Below, piece by piece: positions 1 through 6,828 of a stretch of 32,000 bases of DNA. The position numbers were made by a program, and so were the translations under genes. This DNA is from Cereibacter sphaeroides 2.4.1. Its GTDB lineage: Bacteria; Pseudomonadota; Alphaproteobacteria; Rhodobacterales; Rhodobacteraceae. The notes beneath the pieces are model-generated. The model saw only the letters and a program-made list of their open reading frames with translations, did not search any database and was not told where the DNA came from. The stretch covers positions 180,001 through 212,000 of the forward strand of contig NC_007493.2 of assembly GCF_000012905.2 (NCBI RefSeq), written 5' to 3'. Numbering within the stretch: the first letter of the stretch is position 1; every line of letters begins with the position of its first letter.

Positions 1-1
1 T

Positions 2-1516
2 CAGGCATCCTGCCTTGCGGGCGAGTTCGTGCAGTTCGAAGAGGCCTCGCGCGCGCTCAGGACAGCGGTCGGAGCCATGCGCGCCGAAGTGACGGATCTG
101 ATGGCCACCATCCGCGCGATCTCGATCGTGAAGCTGCAGGCGCGCATCATCGGCAACATGCTTACCGGAAGCCGTCAACGGGTGGAGGCCTTCACCGGCG
201 GGCTCACGCGGATGGCGGCCGAGGCGGCCGATCTCGTGGCCGAGGTCGATGAAGCGATGAACGAGATCGCGGCCGAGACCGCGGCGATGGACGATGAGGC
301 CGCGCATCTGTCGCAGACGCTGCGCGAGCTCGTGCTGCCGAACCTCACGGCGATCGGCGCGGCCGCCGCAGAGGTCAGCTTGGATCGGCAGCGCATGGCC
401 GAGGGTCACGAGGCGCTGGCGCGGCGGATGGAGGCGATCTTCGGCGCCGTTTCGCATCTCATCCTCGCCCTTCAGGCCGGAGACAGCGCCCGCCAGAGGT
501 TCGAACATGTCCGCCACCTGACCTCCGACGCGCTGGCTGCTGCGGCGGGCGAGACGGGTCTCGAGGCGGTGCTCCTCGATCTCGGTGTGGCCCAGACAGC
601 AGCCACCGTCCGCGGACTGACGGTCCATCTCGGCGCTGCGCAAGACACGTTCCTGGAGGTGCAGGGCAGCGCCTCTGCGGCGATCGGACTCGCCTCGGGG
701 CTCTATCTCGGCGACGCATCGCGTGGGTCCGGCGCTATCCAGACGATGATGGGTCGCGCGCAGACGGTCGAGACCGGGCTGACCCGTTGCGGCGCACATC
801 TGCACCGGTTGGCCGGACATGCCGCGCGCGTTGCAGCCCATCTGGAGAAGATCCGGCACCATGAGGGGCGGATGCGCCGCATCGAGGATCAGGTGCGTCT
901 GTTCGGTCTGAACGCGGTCATCGTCTGCGCCAAGCTCGGCCAAGAGGGCCGCGCGCTGCAGGAAATCTCCCGCCAACTCCGCGACCTCACGCAGATTTCG
1001 GCCGAAGTCTTCACCCGGCTGCACGGCCGGCTGGAGCGAACGCAGGAGCGGGCGGCGGCCATTGGCAGTGAAGCCGTGGCCGGGCTCGAGCGGGAGATGG
1101 GCCGGGTGGCGGACGGCGCACAGGCCGTCCGGGCGCTCCTCGAGGAGGCCGAGGCGGCGCATGCGGCGGCAGGGAATGCCTTCGGCAAGGCGGGTCGGAT
1201 CCTGACCTCCAGCCTCGAGACCGCCGCGGGCCTGATGGGCAACTACCGGCGCAATCTGGTAAGCCTTCAGGCCTTTGAGGAGCAGCTCGTGCGCAGGCGC
1301 GCGGTTGTGAGCGGCCCGCTCGATCTGACGCCAGCCGCCGAGGGCCTGCTCGCGGCCGTGCGCAAGAGCTACACCGTCCCCGAGGAACGCGAGATCCACG
1401 ATGCGATCGTGCGGGCGGCCCTGCCGTCTCACACCGAAGAGGAAGCGGCTCCCCCTCGGATCGAGGCCGGACCGGGCGCCGGTTCCGAGGAGGATCTGGC
1501 AGACATCTTCTTCTAG
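2..1516 (+). CDS. MCP-like coiled-coil signalling protein, 5' end probably cut by the window edge
   Basis: The frame is open from the window edge, with no stop upstream of the first in-window start (GTG 29), and ends at TAG 1514-1516. The sequence is Ala/Leu/Glu/Arg-rich and helical with high GC3. The segment IEDQVRLFGLNAVIVCAKLGQEGRALQEISRQLRDL aligns to the MCP hairpin-tip consensus (LLALNAAIEAARAGExGRGFAVVAxEVRxLA), but several conserved positions are replaced. Confidence 0.5.
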   Translation, partial: QASCLAGEFVQFEEASRALRTAVGAMRAEVTDLMATIRAISIVKLQARIIGNMLTGSRQRVEAFTGGLTRMAAEAADLVAEVDEAMNEIAAETAAMDDEAAHLSQTLRELVLPNLTAIGAAAAEVSLDRQRMAEGHEALARRMEAIFGAVSHLILALQAGDSARQRFEHVRHLTSDALAAAAGETGLEAVLLDLGVAQTAATVRGLTVHLGAAQDTFLEVQGSASAAIGLASGLYLGDASRGSGAIQTMMGRAQTVETGLTRCGAHLHRLAGHAARVAAHLEKIRHHEGRMRRIEDQVRLFGLNAVIVCAKLGQEGRALQEISRQLRDLTQISAEVFTRLHGRLERTQERAAAIGSEAVAGLEREMGRVADGAQAVRALLEEAEAAHAAAGNAFGKAGRILTSSLETAAGLMGNYRRNLVSLQAFEEQLVRRRAVVSGPLDLTPAAEGLLAAVRKSYTVPEEREIHDAIVRAALPSHTEEEAAPPRIEAGPGAGSEEDLADIFF

Positions 1517-1563
1517 CCCTTGCCCCCTGCTTCTCCGCACTAGCTCTGGGAGGGGAGGTTCGC

Positions 1564-2565
1564 ATGGGTGAATTGATCGAGGGTGTCTGGCACCCGAACT
1601 GGTACGATACGGCCTCGAACGGTGGCCGCTTTGTCCGAAGCCGGGCGCGGTTTCGCAACTGGATCACGGCGGACGGGTCTCCGGGACCGTCAGGCGAGGG
1701 CGGATTTCCGGCCGAGGCCGGGCGGTATCATCTTTATGTGGCCCACGCTTGTCCCTGGGCGCACCGGACGATGATCTTTCGCGCGCTGAAGGATCTGGCT
1801 CCGCTGATCGATGTGTCGGTGGTCCATCCCGAGATGCTGGAGGACGGATGGACCTTCGATCGCTCCTTCCCCGGCGCCACCGGAGACCGGCTCTACGGCC
1901 TGGCCTTCCTGCGCGAGATCTACCTCAAGGCCGATCCCGGGATCTCGGCGCGGGTGACGGTGCCGGTCCTGTGGGACCGAAAGCGCGAGACCATCGTCAG
2001 CAATGAGTCGGCCGAGATCATCCGCATGTTCAATGCGGCCTTCGATCATCTCACCGGCAACCGCGTGGATTTTCTCCCCGAGGGGGATCTGGCCGAGATC
2101 GACCGGCTGAACGACCGGATCTACGGGACCGTGAACAACGGCGTCTACCGCGCCGGCTTCGCCACGACGCAGGAGGCCTATGACGAGGCGGCCGCTCCGC
2201 TGTTCGAGACGCTCGACTGGCTCGAGGAGCGGCTCGCAACCCGGCGCTATTTAGTGGGAGATCGACTGACCGAGGCGGACTGGCGGCTCTTCACCACGCT
2301 CGTGCGGTTCGACAAGGTCTACCACACCCACTTCAAGTGCAATCGCCGCCAGATCGTGCAATATCCGAACCTCTGGGGCTGGCTGCGCGAGCTGTGGCAG
2401 GTGCCGGGCGTGGCCGAGACGGTGCATTTCGATCATATCGTCCGGCACTATTACTTCAGCCACGACACGATCAATCCGCACCGGATCGTGCCACTGACGC
2501 CCGATCCCGATTTCGCGGCGCCGCACGGGCGCGATCAGCTCTTCCAGGCTTCGCGCTTGCGGTAG
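1564..2565 (+). CDS. yqjG: Glutathionyl-hydroquinone reductase / Xi-class glutathione S-transferase (YqjG/ECM4 family)
   Basis: 333 aa. It carries the Xi-class active-site motif CPWAHR (YVAHACPWAHRT) and N-terminal GRF..S.FRNWIT strings typical of YqjG. SD GGGAGGGGAGG (1548-1558) lies 5 nt before ATG 1564. Confidence 0.85.
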   Translation: MGELIEGVWHPNWYDTASNGGRFVRSRARFRNWITADGSPGPSGEGGFPAEAGRYHLYVAHACPWAHRTMIFRALKDLAPLIDVSVVHPEMLEDGWTFDRSFPGATGDRLYGLAFLREIYLKADPGISARVTVPVLWDRKRETIVSNESAEIIRMFNAAFDHLTGNRVDFLPEGDLAEIDRLNDRIYGTVNNGVYRAGFATTQEAYDEAAAPLFETLDWLEERLATRRYLVGDRLTEADWRLFTTLVRFDKVYHTHFKCNRRQIVQYPNLWGWLRELWQVPGVAETVHFDHIVRHYYFSHDTINPHRIVPLTPDPDFAAPHGRDQLFQASRLR

Positions 2566-3992
2566 AGCGTCGAGGGCGAGACGTCGAGCATCCGCGCGGC
2601 TTTGGGCACGGATCCTCCGTGGCGCGCAATGGTGGCCTCGATCACGATCTGCTCGATCTCGGCCAGCGTGCGGCCGATCAGCCCGTCGAGCGTCGGTTCG
2701 TCCGTCGTCGGCAGCGACGGCGGCGGCAGGTCTTCGGGCGGCGACGGGTGGTCGGTGAAGGCATCGGGCAGCATCCGCATCGTGACGAGGCCGCCCTCGT
2801 TCAGCACCACGACGTTGCGGATGACGTTGAGCACCTGCCGCACGTTGCCGGGCCAGGGGTGGCGGCGGAACAGGGCCTTCACCTCGGCATCGAGACCGAA
2901 GAACTCGCGCCCCTCCTCGGCCGCGAAGCGTGAGAGCGCGGCCTCGGCGATCTCGATCACGTCGTTGCCCCGGTCGCGCAGCGGGGGCATGTGGATCGGC
3001 ACCACGAACAGCCGGTAGTAGAGATCCTCGCGGAAATGGCCGCGGCGAACCGCATCGAGCGGGTCGCGGTTGGTTGCGCAGACGATGCGGACATTGACCT
3101 TGCGCGGACGGGTGGCGCCGACCGGCTGGACCATCGAGGTCTGCAGGAAGCGCAGGAGCTTCGTCTGGAGGGCCGGAGCCATCTCACAGATCTCGTCGAG
3201 GAAGAGCGTGCCGCCGTCGGCTGCGGCGGCCGCGCCGGGCTTGTCCGCGATGGCGCCGGTAAAACTGCCCTTCACATGGCCGAACACCTCGGATTCCAGC
3301 AGATCCTGCGGGATCGCGCCGCAGTTCAGGGCGATGAAGGGCCCTGCCGCGCGCGGGGAGGTGTCGTGGACGGCGAGCGCGCACAGCTCCTTGCCGGTGC
3401 CGCTTTCGCCGGTGATGAAGATCGTGGCCATCGACCGCGCCGCGGAGCGGATCTTGGCGTGGATGCGGGCCATGGCCTCGGACGAGCCGAGGAAGGCGCC
3501 GGTGACGGGGGCGGGGCCCGCGGGCTGGGGCGGCGGGCGCCGGGCGGGGCGGGCTTCGCGCGCAAGCGATGCATTCTCGACCGCGCCGAGGAATCGCTGC
3601 TCGTCGAAGGGTTTGACGAGAAACTCGTGCGCGCCGGCCCGCATCGCCTCGACCGCCTTGTTGATCGAACCGTTGGCGGTGATGACGATCACGTTGGTCT
3701 CGGGCCGGAGCCTCAGCATGTCTTGCATGAGGTCGAGCCCGTTCCGGTCGGGCAGCATGAGGTCGAGCAGCACGACGTTGGGCAGGGTCTCGCGGAAGCG
3801 CGAGAGGCCTTCGGCGGCGGTGCCGGCCACGGCCACCCGGTGACCGGCCGAAGCCAGCACCGAGCGGTAGACCATCTGGAGCGAGGGCGTGTCCTCGATC
3901 AGGAGGATCGGTCGCGGACGGCTGGCCTCTGCCGACCCGGCAGCCGGACGGGCGTGACCCTCGCTGCCCGTTGACCGGGTGACTTGGGTCAT
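2535..3992 (-). CDS. Sigma54-dependent response regulator (REC-AAA+-Fis HTH), LuxO-like subfamily
   Basis: 485 aa. REC domain: ILLIEDTPS...LLDLMLPD...VKPF. AAA+ domain has Walker A GESGTGKE, loop GSFTGA, Walker B GGTLFLDEI and FREDLYYRL. The C-terminal HTH reads LDVSPSTLYRK. Strings FGHVKGSFTGA, LQTKLLRFLQT and NVIRNVVVLNEG..MLP match my memory of Vibrio LuxO better than NtrC or DctD. The start ATG overlaps the upstream Hpt stop (ATGA at 3989-3992). Confidence 0.8.
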   Translation of the reverse strand: MTQVTRSTGSEGHARPAAGSAEASRPRPILLIEDTPSLQMVYRSVLASAGHRVAVAGTAAEGLSRFRETLPNVVLLDLMLPDRNGLDLMQDMLRLRPETNVIVITANGSINKAVEAMRAGAHEFLVKPFDEQRFLGAVENASLAREARPARRPPPQPAGPAPVTGAFLGSSEAMARIHAKIRSAARSMATIFITGESGTGKELCALAVHDTSPRAAGPFIALNCGAIPQDLLESEVFGHVKGSFTGAIADKPGAAAAADGGTLFLDEICEMAPALQTKLLRFLQTSMVQPVGATRPRKVNVRIVCATNRDPLDAVRRGHFREDLYYRLFVVPIHMPPLRDRGNDVIEIAEAALSRFAAEEGREFFGLDAEVKALFRRHPWPGNVRQVLNVIRNVVVLNEGGLVTMRMLPDAFTDHPSPPEDLPPPSLPTTDEPTLDGLIGRTLAEIEQIVIEATIARHGGSVPKAARMLDVSPSTLYRKREAWKS

Positions 3993-4540
3993 GCGCCGTC
4001 CCGTTGCTGGGCCACGAAGGCCAGAAGCCCGTCGAGGCGCATCAGGAGTTCGGTCCGCAGCCCCGCCGCCCGGTCACGGTCGCGCTGGTGGGCGGCGGCG
4101 TTCAGCGCTTCCGACAGCCGTTGCAGGCCGCCCGCGCCGACGGTCCCCGCGAGGCTCATCAGCACATGGGTCTGGGCGCGGATCTCGACCCAGTCTGTGC
4201 CGGCCATGGCCTCGTCGAGCCGTTCGCGCGTGCTCTTGAGGTCGACATGCAGCCGGTGCACCAGCTCGTTTGCCGTGTCGGGGCCGGCGATCTCGAGCAG
4301 GCGGCGGAAGCGACCCTCGTCCACCGTCTCGGGCACCGGCGGAGGCGCCAGAGCACCGAGCTGGTCGCGCAACCGCAGAAGGGTCTCGCGCAGAGGGGCG
4401 AGCCGCGCCGGATCCACGGAGGTCTCGAGGACGGCAAGCCGGTCCAGAGCCTCGGCCACTGTCGCCCAGAGCTCCGCGCCCGGCGGATGCCGGAACGCGC
4501 CTTGCGAGCCGTCAGCGGATGGGTCGTGCGAAGCCGTCAT
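3989..4540 (-). CDS. Histidine phosphotransfer (Hpt) protein, LuxU-like
   Basis: All-helical protein of about 183 aa with the Hpt signature around the phospho-His: IRAQTHVLMSLAGTVGAGGL (HxLKxxxxxxGA type). Its stop overlaps the start of the downstream activator. The start is uncertain. ATG 4540 is preferred because GC3 falls to about 70% upstream of it. The alternative TTG 4597 gives 202 aa. Neither start has a good SD. Confidence 0.6.
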   Translation of the reverse strand: MTASHDPSADGSQGAFRHPPGAELWATVAEALDRLAVLETSVDPARLAPLRETLLRLRDQLGALAPPPVPETVDEGRFRRLLEIAGPDTANELVHRLHVDLKSTRERLDEAMAGTDWVEIRAQTHVLMSLAGTVGAGGLQRLSEALNAAAHQRDRDRAAGLRTELLMRLDGLLAFVAQQRDGA

Positions 4541-4738
4541 GGGCAGGAAACCAGGAGGGGCAGCATGTTGCCCGCAGGTTACCCGCTGGCCCGGCAAAGT
4601 CCAGACTGCGCTTCAGCCAAAGGTTGTGCATTTCCTGCTTGCGGTGGCGGCAGACTGGCACCGGCCGCGGCCATTGATCGGGCCGGATGACCGGAAAAGA
4701 TCGCAGGGCTCGCCTCTTGATGCGCGACCGTGCGTCGG

Positions 4739-4769
4739 GGGGTGCCGCGGCGTCTGGCCGCGGCACCCC
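4739..4769 (-). terminator. GC-rich perfect 12-bp hairpin just downstream of the prpE stop, no U-tract
   Basis: GGGGTGCCGCGG (4739-4750), 7-nt loop, CCGCGGCACCCC (4758-4769). It begins 6 nt past the prpE stop codon (4776-4778). No T-run follows on either strand, so a terminator or mRNA-stabiliser role is inferred only. Confidence 0.45.
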
Positions 4770-4775
4770 GGGCCG

Positions 4776-6668
4776 TCAGGCGCGGGGGTAGCCCACCGCC
4801 TCGAGCGCAACGCGGATCTCGTCGAGGATGGCCGGATCGTCGATCGTCGCGGGCATCTTGAACTCCTGCCCGTCGGCGATCTTGACCATCGTGCCGCGCA
4901 GGATCTTGCCCGAGCGGGTCTTGGGCAGCCGGTCCACGACACAGGCGCGCTTGAAATCGGCGACCGGGCCGATCTTCTCGCGCACGAGCTTGACGCATTC
5001 CTTCACCACATCCTCGGCCGCCCGGTTCGAGCCCTTGTTGAGGCAGAGGAAGCCCAGCGGCGACTGGCCCTTCAGCGCGTCGGTGACGCCGATGACCGCG
5101 CATTCGGCCACGTCCTCGTGCGAGGCCAGCACCTCTTCCATCGCGCCCGTCGAGAGGCGGTGGCCGGCCACGTTGATGACATCGTCGGTGCGGGCCATGA
5201 TATAGATATAGCCGTCCTCGTCGATGTAGCCCGCGTCGCCCGTCTCGTAATAGCCGGGGAAGTGCGTGAGGTAGCTTTTCACGAACCGGTCCTGCGCGTT
5301 CCAGAGCGTGGGCAGCGTGCCCGGAGGCAGCGGCAGCTTGATCGCGATGGCGCCGAGCTGACCTGCCTCCAGCTGGTGGCCGCCCTCGTCGAGAACGCGC
5401 ACGTCATAGCCCGGCATCGGCAGCGAAGGGCTGCCGATCTTGACCGGCAGCGCCTCGATCCCGAGCGGGTTCGCAGCCATGGCCCAGCCGCTCTCGGTCT
5501 GCCACCAGTGGTCGATGACCGGCACGCCCACGTTCTTCTGCGCCCAGACGATCGTGTCGGGGTCCGCGCGCTCGCCGGCGAGGAAGAGCGCCTTGAGGTT
5601 GCGCAGGTTGTAGTCCTGAATGAGCGCGCCCTGCGGATCCTCGCGTTTGATGGCCCGCAGCGCCGTGGGGGCGGTGAAGAAGGTCTTCACCTTGTGGTTC
5701 TGCATCACGCGCCAGAAGGCGCCCGCATCCGGCGTGCCGACGGGCTTGCCCTCGTAGACGATGGTGGTGGCACCCGCGATCAGCGGCCCGTAGCAGATAT
5801 AGCTGTGGCCCACGACCCAGCCCACGTCCGAGGCGGCCCAGAAGACGTCGCCCGCGTCGATGTCGTAGATGGCCTTCATCGTCCAGTTCAGGGCGACGAG
5901 ATGGCCGCCGGTGGCGCGCACCACCCCCTTGGGCTGGCCGGTCGTGCCCGAGGTATAAAGGATATAGGCCGGATGGTTGCCCTCGACGGGCACGCATTCG
6001 GCCGGCTCCACGCCATACTGGAACGTGTGCCAGGCCACGTCGCGGCCCTCGATCAGCTTGGCCACTTCCTGCTCGCGCTGGAAGATCACGCAGAAGTCGG
6101 GCTTGTGGCTGGCCTCCTCGATGGCCTGATCGAGCAGCGGCTTGTAATGGACGACGCGCGACGGTTCGAGCCCGCAGGAGGCGGCGATGATGGCCTTGGG
6201 CGTGCAGTCGTCGATGCGGACGGCAAGTTCGTGCGCCGCGAAACCGCCGAAGACGACCGAGTGGATCGCGCCAAGGCGGGCACAGGCCAGCATCGCCTCG
6301 AGCGCCTCGGGGATCATCGGCATGTAGATGATGACGCGGTCGCCCTTCTCCACGCCCTTGGCCCGCAGCGCCCCCGCGAGCGAGGCCACGCGGGCCTGCA
6401 GCTCGGCATAGGTGATGCCCTTCGAGGAATGGGTGATCGGGCTTTCGTGGACGATGGCGATCTGCTTGCCGCGCCCGGCCTCGACATGGCGGTCGACGGC
6501 GTTCCAGCAGGCATTCACCTGTCCGTCGGCGAACCATTCGTAGAAGGGCTCCTTCTCGTCGAACAGAGCCTTCGAGGGCGGGCTCACCCAGTCGATCTGC
6601 TCGGCCGCCTTCATCCAGAAGCCGTTGGGATCCTCCAGAGACCATTTGTAGAGACTTGCGTATGCCAT
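4776..6668 (-). CDS. prpE: Propionate--CoA ligase (propionyl-CoA synthetase), ACS family
   Basis: 630 aa from ATG 6668, with SD GAGGGAGGG 6 nt upstream. The ORF-track start at 6692 is an upstream extension. Supporting strings: N-terminal YKWSLEDPNGFWMKAAEQIDW, YMPMIPEALEAMLACARLGAIHSVVFGGFAAHELAVRIDD (very PrpE-like) and the AMP-binding motif YTSGTTGQPKG. Confidence 0.8.
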   Translation of the reverse strand: MAYASLYKWSLEDPNGFWMKAAEQIDWVSPPSKALFDEKEPFYEWFADGQVNACWNAVDRHVEAGRGKQIAIVHESPITHSSKGITYAELQARVASLAGALRAKGVEKGDRVIIYMPMIPEALEAMLACARLGAIHSVVFGGFAAHELAVRIDDCTPKAIIAASCGLEPSRVVHYKPLLDQAIEEASHKPDFCVIFQREQEVAKLIEGRDVAWHTFQYGVEPAECVPVEGNHPAYILYTSGTTGQPKGVVRATGGHLVALNWTMKAIYDIDAGDVFWAASDVGWVVGHSYICYGPLIAGATTIVYEGKPVGTPDAGAFWRVMQNHKVKTFFTAPTALRAIKREDPQGALIQDYNLRNLKALFLAGERADPDTIVWAQKNVGVPVIDHWWQTESGWAMAANPLGIEALPVKIGSPSLPMPGYDVRVLDEGGHQLEAGQLGAIAIKLPLPPGTLPTLWNAQDRFVKSYLTHFPGYYETGDAGYIDEDGYIYIMARTDDVINVAGHRLSTGAMEEVLASHEDVAECAVIGVTDALKGQSPLGFLCLNKGSNRAAEDVVKECVKLVREKIGPVADFKRACVVDRLPKTRSGKILRGTMVKIADGQEFKMPATIDDPAILDEIRVALEAVGYPRA

Positions 6669-6828
6669 CGTATGCCCTCCCTCGGCGCGCATGTTCTGTT
6701 AAGCCGGGTCAGGTCGGGGCGCAAGATTGTTTCAAACACGTTAAGTTGGAGCCTCTGCGGCCATTGGTCACGTTTTGCGCTACCGGACGCCGCAGAAGCA
6801 GGACAATTCTCTCGAAATGACGCGATCT

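Noticed and set aside
498-506. GGTTCGAAC, which resembles a tRNA T-loop.
   Set aside because: It lies inside the MCP-like coding frame. The flanks cannot form a T-stem (CAGAG versus CATGT), and no acceptor or anticodon arms are evident.
1588-1593. Other exact TGGCAC hexamers, inside yqjG at 1588 and, by eye, further copies inside deoB and the DMT permease gene.
   Set aside because: All lie within coding sequence, and none has a TTGC element at the correct spacing.
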